The notes under the pieces: model-generated | The model's database searches: none | What the model saw: the letters and a program-made list of their open reading frames with translations, nothing else | Told to the model about the DNA's origin: nothing | Translations under genes and position numbers: made by a program | DNA from: Klebsormidium nitens | Taxonomy: Eukaryota > Plantae > Klebsormidiophyceae | Assembly: GCA_000708835.1 (NCBI GenBank) | Contig: DF237486.1 | Span: forward strand, 1-62,089 | Reading direction: 5' to 3' | Length of the DNA stretch: 62,089 nucleotides | In this document: positions 48,501 to 58,900 of the stretch, piece by piece | Layout of the letters: each line of letters starts with the position of its first letter | How positions within the stretch are numbered: position 1 is the stretch's first letter

Positions 48501-48622
48501 GCCATATGGGCCCGTGCTTGTCCTGTTTTGAGGACCCTCGTATCAACTCGAACCACTGCCCCCAGTGCCGCCGGAAGATCGCCACTGGTGACCCGACCAA
48601 GTTCATTCGCATGTTTAGATAG
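36587..48622 (+). CDS. ~1,700-aa multidomain putative RNA-associated RING E3 ligase (acidic region, TTC3/DZIP3-like Cys/His domain, RRM, PAM2-like motif, DCD, C3HC4 RING), ~14 exons
   Basis: Exons ~36587-36774, 37054-37174, 37469-37786, 38017-38730, 39039-39500, 40054-40176, 40689-40998, 41712-41848, 42232-42319, 43363-44451, 45053-~45217, 46138-47261, 47719-47926, 48501-48622. Most junctions join in phase. RRM: HLVLEDVD...EIAFVTMRTVEEAASA. PAM2-like: MKPDAPEFVP. DCD: LFLFNIEELELHGFYEATS. RING: CKLC...ECGHMGPCLSC...CPQCRRKI. The DCD junction near 45217/46138 is unresolved. Confidence 0.78.
40903..40962 (+). repeat. Short coding repeat (atgcacggacc, MHGP) x3-4
   Basis: Encodes MHGT...MHGPHMHGPPMHGP next to the 20-N gap. 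Confidence 0.7.
42438..43072. other. Assembly gap with duplicated flanks (36 bp)
   Basis: 42402-42437 is identical to 43073-43108. Confidence 0.9.
45240..45425. repeat. Intronic tandem repeat, ~63 bp x3
   Basis: Three degenerate units of ca(t/c)gtcag...ttctttgcatttg...ttcgtccttgcttgc.tc.tatc. Confidence 0.75.
48202..48238. repeat. Intronic 13-bp tandem repeat x3
   Basis: cagacctggcaac occurs about three times. Confidence 0.8.
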
Positions 48623-49827
48623 CCTTTGCGAGTCGAGGGGAGCGCGCAACGTTTACCAGTGTATCCTGAACGTATGGAGTTGACCATGGCACAAGTAGGA
48701 TGTCTACATAACCGTATCGAATGGGCGTATCCTCGAGCTGGTTACTTCTTGCTGAAACGTGAGTGGAAGAGACTTGTTTGGGGCCAAGAGCATTTGATCC
48801 AGAGGAATGGAAGGGAGGATTCAAAAGTCTTCGTGCGAAGGAGTAGACTCAAGTTCTGGTAGGATTCGCTATTGCTGTGTATGAAGAACAAGCCCTGTGC
48901 ATGCAGCACGAGCAGGCAGATCGTAGATGGTCGCGCGGTTCTTAGTTTGTAGGACATTCGAGCAGTCGTTGAGAATTCCGGTTTGGCAGTAGTGACTGGA
49001 AGGAACCAACTTCAAGCTAGACCGGTCCGTTGCCCGACAATATATTGCAAGGTCCCAATCCAATGGCAAGACTGACTGCACTTCGCCGCCTAGCTGCTGG
49101 CTGCATCCTCAGCGTGGCTCAGTGGATCTAGCTTTCATGCGACCCATGTGACATGCCAATTGCAGACCCCGTCATTGCTTGGACTACTAGCTAAGCGTGC
49201 GGTATATATATCCGACATTGTAGCGGCCCTCATGAATCAACGTCCCTAGTGTTTGCACGTGCACATGCTTCTCGTCAGCAATTTGAAGCTATTGGCCATA
49301 TGCAGATGTGCATGTGATCATATGTGGCAGCGCGTCCTACGTGTTCTGTACGATGGGCTGTAGATGCCGGGTGCCGCCTCCGACGGCCGGGAAACCCAAG
49401 CAACACAGCATGCCGGCCCATGCATGGGCCGGTGTGAGCCCTTTGATGCACGTTATGTAGATAATCGATTGGATAGTCAGAGTCATCTCCTTTTCTAAGT
49501 AACGTTACAACTCACCATGCCCGCTCACGGCAAGCCGAGTGACTGGGTTCACTTATTTAAGGTTCGCTTAAGCACCCAAACCGATCCAGCCAACTGCAAC
49601 TCGGAATAAGGTTGCAGCTCCAAAAGGCTCAGGCGCTGAGCTGCCCGCTCACGGCACATGAGCCACGTCCCTGAAATCTGATGCAATTGCCTGTGGTAAT
49701 AATAGCTAGGACCTCAAGGTGGCGCGCTGGCATTCGCCCGCCTAAGCAATAGTCAAATGTACACATTCCCACGAATCTCCTCACTTATATAGCCGGCAGA
49801 AGTATAGTACACAATCCCAGAAGCATC

Positions 49828-52540
49828 TCACTGCAACTGCCCGTGTGCAGCCAGTGCTCGTTGATCGACAAACTTTTGCCGCTTGAGGGGTCGCCCAAAA
49901 GCATCCATCTCCAGCGGCTCTGGAGCGGGTCGCCCCGACAGCTGCATGCTGGCAGGGTACCCCCCGTAGTCCCGATAGCCTACGTCTTGTTGCGGGGGCG
50001 CGCCGTCTGTGAGACCGATGCTATGACCTGGGATCAAGGGTCAGGGTCAAAAGGGATCCTCGGTGCATAGACTTGCGTTCTCTCGATTTCTAAACTCGGA
50101 TACACCTTTCCGCATCTTGATAACACTCCTGAAAAGCAGGGATTCAACTGATTGACTGTGGGCTACGCCCTCAATCCTATCTCCTTGTTTGGTGAAGGTC
50201 GTCGAACTCTGGTATCGGACAAACTCTTGGAAAGGGCCTGTATCCATATTTGCAATCGAGCCGCCCAACTCAGACTTCACCTCTGAAGGAGATGTTTCTC
50301 TCTGAACGTACCGCCACACTTCAACTCTAGCCCGGTCCAGCTTTGAACCCAGCTCAAACCAGAATTCCGTATCTTCACTGCCAGCCACACAAGCGTCACT
50401 TCGGGGCCTCTCCTCACGTCCAACCTCAAATGTAATGCTGTAGCTCACCGTTACTCTGTGTGTCCATCCGCAGACCACGCTCTCGCCCCAGGTCCCCCTC
50501 TCCCCCTCCCGACAGGGCCGGCCCTGCGCTACCTCCCCCTCGAGGCGGCTGGGGCCCATTTGCGAACACGGCGTCGGAAGAGGATGGCACAGCAGGAGCG
50601 TCGGTCTGGAAGCGTTGTCGCAGGTAGAGGCGGTACTTTTGGAGGTGGCTGGCGACGTTCTCGCGGGTCAGGCCTTCCACGTTCATCAGCTGCATGATGG
50701 TCTTTGGAACTGCAAAGGACCGCTTGATGATATCGGAATGCTGGCACGTTAGCTGGGTGAAATCGGCAGGTCGGACACTTCTGTCTGACAAATTAATCTA
50801 CAGGTCAAGCCTGGATTCTCAGCTCACTGATCCAACCCAATGGGCTCCATGTTCTTGATCAAGACGATGGCTGATGGGTTTCTTACAGGGGCGAGGGTTT
50901 TCAACTAAAACCTTGCTTGGAAAATTCAGCAAAGTACTGGCTGTCTGCCCAGCCCCCAACATGACCTGGTTCCACTCAATCTGTCCCAAAGAATCCTTTC
51001 ATGTGATGCCCATGGATCTCACTAGCGCACCCACATTCGTGAACTTGTTTGCCACTGGACCATCAACAGCTTGCAGAAACCCCCACGTACTTAGCAAGGC
51101 GCACGGCGCACGTTTTACAATATGGGCCGCCTTCCAAACAAACAGGGTCCAGAGGGGGTCCGTCCTAGTTTCCGCTTCAATCAGCCCCTTTTAAAGGGCG
51201 CAACACAACCCAGCCAAAGCCTCTCCCCAGGCTGCCGCAGAAACCAGCGACCCAAAACCCCCCAACTCCAGGACAATTGCTGCCCCCCGCCCCTGCTCAC
51301 CAGCATTCTCCACCCCCAGGTGATTCACAGCATCGCAGAAGCGCTTGTGCAACTGGGGGGTCCAAACTAGGCGCGGCCGTTTGAGCGCCCGCCCAGGAGG
51401 GTCGTCGCTTGTGTGCTCCATGCCTTCTAACTCGTCCTCCCCTTCCATGCTTTCTGCAGGGCGCGCCCGCGCCTTTTTCCCGCCCCCATCCTGGCTGTTC
51501 TCCACACCACCGCTGAAGGCGCCATAAGCGGGCATGTTGCCGTGCACGCCTGTACAAATCGCGGGTTGCTTTGTAAGCTTTCGCGGGACTCTTCATGTAT
51601 TGGCGGTGTCCAGATTGCTAGGAGTTGATAGGTGCTCTTAGATGAGGTTTCATAGATGCCTATGCCCTGCACGACGTACCCTGCTACACTCTGCCACCCT
51701 GCCGGATTCCAAATCAAAACTTGATAAACCAGCTTTCTCTACAATTTTGTAGACAAACTTCTGGCCGCCTCCACAGTGGATTCTGTGAACTGAGCAGGTA
51801 GCCAAATCTAGGTAGCTTCTCCTTCACAACAGGCACCAAAGATTCTCCCAAGGTTTTGGAAATTTGGGGAACCCGCAGGAGAATTGTCCCATTTGACTTC
51901 CTGCTTCTAGTTTCATTCTCAACACGGTCTGTCACTTTCCACACCCCAAAGGCAGATCTTTCTGCAGCAGGTACTTTGGCATGCACTGGTTTGACATCAA
52001 GCACTTCGCGATGACGGCAAAAGCAAAGCATCAGCAAAAGTAACCGCTAGACTAGAACTTCCTTCTCATTCATTTTGAAGAGCACTTCATGAAGCTCCCA
52101 CAATGAAGCCTACCCAAGTCCTTGCCAATCCTCGAATGCAGAGAAACAAACCAATGAAGCAACTCAATGGAGGACATAAAATAATTTCTGGCCCCACCTT
52201 GCAGAATAGCAACGCCATTCGTCGGCTCCTCCCCCGGGTAACCTTCTGCCCCATCCGCTCCCCCCCCATCCCACCTCCCATCTGCAAAACCCACCAGCGG
52301 CGGCCCCACCTGTGGATTCTCTTGCGGAGAAACCTGCGATGGTGTCGCTCGCTCCATCCCCCCCCTGACTGTGTTCAGCGCAGCTTCATCAACTTCCTCC
52401 TCTGTAAGTGATGCCCCGCTGTCTCCCTCTATATTGAAGGCGCAGGCCAGCACCGGCGTGATGAGGCGAGTGCTCAGGGGGGCAAGCTCTTCTGGTGAGG
52501 GGATGCCCACCCCCCACCGCCGAGTAATTTCCTTGTCCAT
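49828..52540 (-). CDS. LUX: GARP-type MYB clock transcription factor, LUX ARRHYTHMO/PCL1/BOA-like
   Basis: N-terminal [29 protein letters not shown] resembles the LUX N-terminal block. The spliced MYB reads [30 protein letters not shown]|[30 protein letters not shown]. Exons ~52540-52198, 51549-51301, 50709-~50450, ~50040-49828; the 3' exon boundaries are uncertain. Confidence 0.92.
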
Positions 52541-53037
52541 AATGCTGACAGCGCTTTTTGCGTCTTCAGCTTATGAAGAACATTTGTTCAGAAAGATCTT
52601 TTGGAGACCAAGCCATGGCCCACTCCGGGCTGCCCCTCCAAATAGAAAAGTCCTGCGCGGGAAAGGGAACGTCAATTGCGGCTGCTCAACAACGCACCAT
52701 TGGACCTTGAACTTGAAGCGCCTGCCTGAAGCATGGCAGCCGAGTAACAAGAGTAGGAGCAGGAGTAGTAGGTTCCTAGGTAGCCTGCACGATCTGACTC
52801 TGACTTTGCATGAGTGCTTCACAAGGCATCATGACTGCAATGGGCTGGAACGCCCGTGTAACGCCCCCCTCCTTTCCGTGGGACCTTGCACTCCAAACTC
52901 TCAGAGCGTTACCGCAAGGTTCCGCAAGGATGCCTTCTCTTGCAGGTTCGGCACGTAAACCGAGACGGGGCTCCTTCCTCTTCCCTTTTGCTTCTGAACC
53001 CTAGCAAGGCCATCCTCAGAGGCGCCTCTGTTGCACC

Positions 53038-54670
53038 ATGTCGTCCTACGTGTTCATCTGCGACCACAAGGGCGATAACTGGACCGCCAAGCGGTTCTCC
53101 AAGGACGAGGATGCGGAGCCACTCGAGGCGGAGGCCTCCAGCACATATGAGCTGCAGAAGAAGTTGAGCGACCTTGCGAAGGCGCAGGGCGCCACCGGGG
53201 GGGTGCAGCTTTCTTTCTCGTTCGTCACGCAGACGAAGGCCCTCTGCCAGGTAAGACTGCATTTCTTATGGAGCCTCGTAGCAACCACTTGCAGCATTCA
53301 TTGTTGAATACGGCGGCCACTGCTATTCCCTGGATCTTGATGATATCTGCGATATGGTCAGCTTTGTAAAGCTTCATTGGCATTCCAGGGGCAACAGACG
53401 AGGTCACTGTTTGAAAGGAAACGTGTCTAGACCACTCATGCAGCTGCCGGCTTGGTTGGTAATGGTAGACTGCAGTACGTGGTAATGACTTTCATCGCAG
53501 CTCACAAGAGCTGATTGTTGGGCAACAAGAGCGGAGCAGCGGAAGAATTCAGCCTTTGAGACATTGAGAGCTGCCGCCCGGCATGAATTTTGAGATAGGG
53601 GCTCAAATTGGAATTGTATTCGCTTTAAAGTATCTAGTATATGAATGTAAGATATAGATTGGCGCTTCGGTGAATTCAAAAAAACTGCACGTATCTGTTC
53701 TGTCTGCATGGAATTGCCATCTGTCCTTGTTTCCCTGGAGAAAAGACTGACGGGCAGCGCAACTTGAAATGCACTGGCAAGTGGTTAGTGGCGGTCGCAA
53801 GCTGCCTGCCAGTGTCTCCCCGATCAGTTTGATAATGTGGACTGGCTTAGCAATTCTTTCCACCATAAGAATTCATTTGTACTTTGGTAGTAGCTGCCCC
53901 TGAAGGCCAGCTGATAAACGAGGAAAGCAAGTAGATTTTGAGGCATGCAGGAAGTCAAAGTAGGATTCGCAAGCAGCAACCAAGCGTTTACGTCGGTTGG
54001 GGCATCCTTGCAAGCTTGGTTCCTAGTAGGCTTCGTTTTGACAGGAATGACCGGGAGCGTGATGCCTTATCTCACAACGTGAAGATGAGGTGCTTACAAT
54101 GCAAAGATGAGGTGCTTACAATGCGAAGATAAGGTGCTTCTGAAGAATCCGAAGGACACAGCGGCTGATGATACTGATTACAGCAGGTTATAAAGATTTC
54201 AAGACAGATTTCAAGACAAGATCTTAAGAGAACATATTCTGGTTGTAGCTTAGACACATTCCATAGACACGTCGCTCTACTTAACGTGCTGGAAGGTACA
54301 GTAGTTGTCACCAGGCCATTCTTGCTTTGAGAGCCCATTACTCCTGTTGGGTACACTGAAGTACGTCGATCTTCTGTACAAAGCCTCCAACTGAAATGCA
54401 TGACAGGCAATGTTTTGCATCAATCCAGATATGGATATACTTGCAGTCAAGACGGGGGCTTGAGAATGCTTAAGTCGTGAAGTTTTTCCGATCCAGGTCA
54501 TCATCGGCGGTGCCGCAGCCAGCAGTGGGGGCGGTGGCGGCGGCGGAGGCGCCTCGAGCGGTGGAGGCGGCGGCGGGGGAGGCGGCGCTGCTGAGGAGGA
54601 GAAGAAGGAAGAGAAGAAGGAGGAGGAGGAAGAGGAGGACGAGGACATGGGCTTCTCATTGTTCGACTAA
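53038..54670 (+). CDS. RPP3: 60S acidic ribosomal protein P3 (plant-type), 2 exons
   Basis: Exon 53038-53250 (MSSYVFICDHKGDNWTAK...ASSTYELQKKL...GGVQLSFSFV) matches the plant P3 N-domain. Exon 54497-54670 encodes the Gly/Ala hinge and the acidic tail EEEEEDEDMGFSLFD. Confidence 0.95.
54084..54140. repeat. Intronic 22-bp tandem repeat x2.5
   Basis: gatgaggtgcttacaatgc(a/g)aa repeated within the RPP3 intron. Confidence 0.75.
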
Positions 54671-55935
54671 ATTTGAAAACTAAAGATTTTTGTGTCCCCT
54701 GTGTCTCGCCAGTCCTTTTCATATCAAGGTACCTATGCTTGAAAATGAATGAGGTTACGTGCATATTGCCACTCCCGACGCCAATGGCTACGATAATGTG
54801 AGCTCGATTCAGATGATGTGCAGTCAAGGGCCGGCACTACACTACGCAATTGGTCGGAAGATCTTTAACGAACTTTGCAGTGTTGGGCTCACGGTCCTTG
54901 GACCTCAATATGCGTGTGCCTTGTTGACGTGCATCGACAACTTGGCAATGGTGTGCAGAAGAATCTTGGCAGATATACTTAGTAAGTCGTTGCTCTCTTT
55001 ATCACACTCGTGGGCACCTGGCTTATGGCGTCGAAACAGTCTCCGGCGGAGGTACGGTATGCTTACAATTTGCTGACCTGACCTGACAAGTATCCGCATA
55101 CCAATCTGCGATGCGCTCGATGACTGGTTCACAATCGAGAAGGTTCGGCCAGTGACGTACGGTATGCTGCATGTGCATGTACTATATGCTTAGAATTTTA
55201 CATCTACCATGCAGAAATATATATATATGAGCTGCACGGAATTTGCACACTGGCCCAGAATCATGCTGCGCATGTTGTTCGATCCTGCATGCATGGTCGG
55301 ACTGTCCAATTTGACTCTATCTAGCTATCCCTGCATATGCAGAACTATTTAGTCATACAATGTGCGTCAGATACGACAAATACAAAATCCCGTGTAATTT
55401 CGCTTAACACATACGTATCAAACCTGTGAAACTTTTCTATAGCTACAAACCTATGACACAATATGATATTGAGCTGCCGGTGGCAATATGGTTGTGGTGC
55501 ACCTGCCTGTACGTTGATTTCGACCGTAGTGCATTGCACGCGACAGATTGACCAACGTGTAAAGAACATGCATGACGTCTCCTCTTGTAAGTGGCATGAT
55601 AACATCTGTACAAATCAACCAAAAATTTGATCCGAGACCTGGGCCCGCAAGCGATCCAATCATCGAATGGACTCGCTCGCTTGCATTGAAGTCTGAGGTT
55701 GGAACGTATGTGCAGGCCGCGTGCGTAATCTCAAGAAGGAAGACTGATATATGTACCTTGAATCCCTGACAAACGGAGCAAATCAACACGAACAGCTCAA
55801 GGTCTGGTGTTTCAGGCGTTTCAGGCTTTCTGACTTCCCATGCCTTTTCGTGAAACCCTCAAGTGAACCAAAACCCCTTTGCTTGTTGTCTCAATCTGAG
55901 AAGTTGCATCCTAATCAAGAGCGCGCCTTAGCGAC

Positions 55936-58900
55936 CTACGATCCCCTGGCACCACCTGACTCGTTGCGTCCTGATCGCCGAAAGTGGAAAATTTTCTTGC
56001 CTGGCTTCCTATTAAGCCACATCATGTCCTCCAACAGCAACATGGCGTGGTCCTCATCCAGGGCGATCTCAGGGAAGGACACCCGCAGCGTCTTCATTTC
56101 GATGCCCTGGCTCACTCGGAGGTCAAAGCCGTAGCGGTCAACGGCCACCATCTCCGCATCCTGCGAGTGCAAAGACCTGTCATTGTGCGTTCTATTGCAG
56201 GCAAGTCTGCAATCAGCGCCACTCGACACGCCTGCTTTCCACCAGGAGTTCAACAGTTTTTTCACGTGACGGAGGCTGGTTGTATGTAGCACCCTGCACT
56301 CAAAGCTCTTGCTCGGTTACCACGAAGCAACATCTTTTGACAAGAGGGACGAATCCCGGAAAAGAGGCGAAGCAAGACTTGGGTACAAAGAGGAGCCACT
56401 TACGTCGACGTCCACGCCGAGTGTCCTCTTGCAGAGGCGCACAAGCGCGCGCGCCACCTTGTGTCCCGCATGGTTCACCTGCTCCATCATGTTTGCGGAC
56501 GCGCCGCGCAGGACGTCCGGCTGCGCCGCAGCGTACTCAGACGCGTCCACCTGCCACTGCAGCGCGGACAGCAGTCGTGAGCCAATAGTCCTCAAGTAAA
56601 GATAATACTTAAAGCCAAGATAATAAAAAGCCCCGACTAAAACTAAAAACCCTAACCCAAAAAGACACCTGCTCCGCACCCATACCCACCCTAACCACCG
56701 AACTAACCCTACCCGTCCCAGTGAGTTACCTTACTATTATCTCGGTTTATTATTACTTTTCTTGGGTTCAATCGTGAGCCAGATGGTTCCAGGATTCAGC
56801 GTCGCAAATCGGGCAGAGTAAGGTAGATCTAGACGGCCAAAAAGATCGAGACCCCCTAAAGGGAATTGCACTGTGTGTAGGCTCGCATGCATCCTCTTGC
56901 TGGCAAACGGGTACGAACCATCCCGACAAGCCCGTGTCACTATCACGTCATACCAACGTAACAGGCATGGGAGCAGTGTCCTACAAAAGCCCGCCCAACG
57001 TAGGCTCGGCCTCGCGAGTCGTACCATCAAGCAGCTTAGCTACCCAGGTGCCTATACCAGGTTCGAGAGCACAAAATGAAAGTCGGCTCAGTTTTGAACC
57101 AATCCAGCTTTCTTAAGGAAACGAACCGATTCCGCGCCCCCCGCTGTGTGAGCCTGCAGCTGTCTCACCTCTACGCCCGCAGGCGACTTGAAGGCGACGC
57201 TGGTCACCCTCAGGCGGTACAGGGGGGGCCCCTCCGGCCAGCTGTCATCGACGACGCTGTTGTCCTCTACGTCATCACTATCTCGCCATAGGCTGTCCAC
57301 GTCAGCGTCCTCGTCGTTGCCCCACAGGACCGATCCCAAACTGTGCGTGCCATTCCCCAACCCATCTCCCGGGCCCAGCTGGCCCCCGCCGCCCAGCCAG
57401 AGCCGGCCCGTATTCTGGTCCCAGATTATCGGCGACTTGGAGGTAAGGGACGTCAGCCACCGGCCGATGCCGCCGAGATCAGCCGGCTTGGGGACCTGAG
57501 ACGCGTGCGGCTCCGACCCGCTGGTCGAAGCTTCGGCTCCCCGGTCTTGCCGCAGGTCTTCCACAGCAACATCCGACGTCGAGCAAGGCAGAGCTTCTGG
57601 CGCACGACCGGCTCGGCTCTGCTCGTCGGCTTCCTCGGACAATTGTATGGCTGCCGCTGCAGACGTCTCCGGCTCAGCCGCATGCCCCGATTCCTCAACT
57701 GCGAAAGTGTCGGCCCCGTTCCCCGGCCCTCGGTCTTCAGTTGACTCGTGCCCTCTCAACTCCGCCTGCGCATGTGGCTCGCTCGCACCTACGCTTGTGC
57801 AACTCGCTTCCCGGGCCCCGTCCTTGGGAACTGACCCGCCCTCAGCTTGGATGCACTCGTCTCCACCATTTAGAGCAGTCTCGTCCCCAATGCCATCTTC
57901 CCTCCTTGACGCCCCCCCTGCATCCCCCCGGCTCTCTGCAACCTCTGGGGCCTGCTCCTCCCCCCGGCTACTTTTTGGCTTGGGGAAGCCATTCAAAGCC
58001 TTCAGCCGCCCTCGCAGCAGGGCCTTGACATGGGAGTTGGGCCTCCCCGCGGGTTCCTCACGATCCACGGTACTACTGCTGCCGCTCTCTACACCGTCAT
58101 CGGCCCCCCTGGTGGAGGTACTAGGCTTCGAGACTGGCTCAACATCAGGAGGTTGAGCGTGGCTCTCAACTAGGTCAAGATCCTCCGCTTCTAAAGATGA
58201 AGTCTCAAAGAGAGCGGCCGCTCGGGCAGAGCCCCCTGCCCCTGCAAAACGACAGCAGCCGTCAGCACGCTTCTCAACAGTGGCGCATCTCTGAACCGCT
58301 GCTGTCAATAATGTTTGCACCTCACAGACATGGCCCCGCTATTTAAAAAGAAGAGAGTCACCCAGACAGCGAGCAAGGCGTCCGGCCTCCGAAACCAGCA
58401 CGGGCCTCTTCTCCAATACAAGACTCCTCCTCGGTTTACAGATTCAAGAATCCTTCTCTGATCGACAAATTCAGGAACGTGGGTTCGGGCGCTCACGTGT
58501 TTCTGGGTTCTGCAGGTCCTGCCTCAGCTGCTCTAGCGCCGCGTCCGCCCGCTCCTGCGCCGCCTCGTCGGACGCCGCAGCCTCTCCCAGCGCACTCTCC
58601 TGCTCTTCCCCCTCCTCCTGCAACATGGCGGCGTCCTCCGGGTGGGCCTCCTCGGTGCGCGCCAGCAAGCCGCGCTTGACTCGCTCGAGCAAGTGAGGGT
58701 CCAGCTCGTCCGGGGACACCAGCTCCACAACGCCCCGCAGCGTCACCTGCGCCTGTGGCACCGCCACCTCCAGCTGGCCCTGGGCCTCCACCGTCTGTAG
58801 GCAAGACGCGCTTCGGATATGATTGCTGCTGCCAGCTGGCAAAGACTTATTGGAGACTTGACAAAAGGGCGTTCTGACGAAGTTTCGAGACAAGATGGCG

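Noticed and set aside
53251-54496. Intronic C/D snoRNA in RPP3
   Set aside because: TGATGA occurs (~53338, ~54166), but no suitably spaced CTGA box with a terminal stem is evident.
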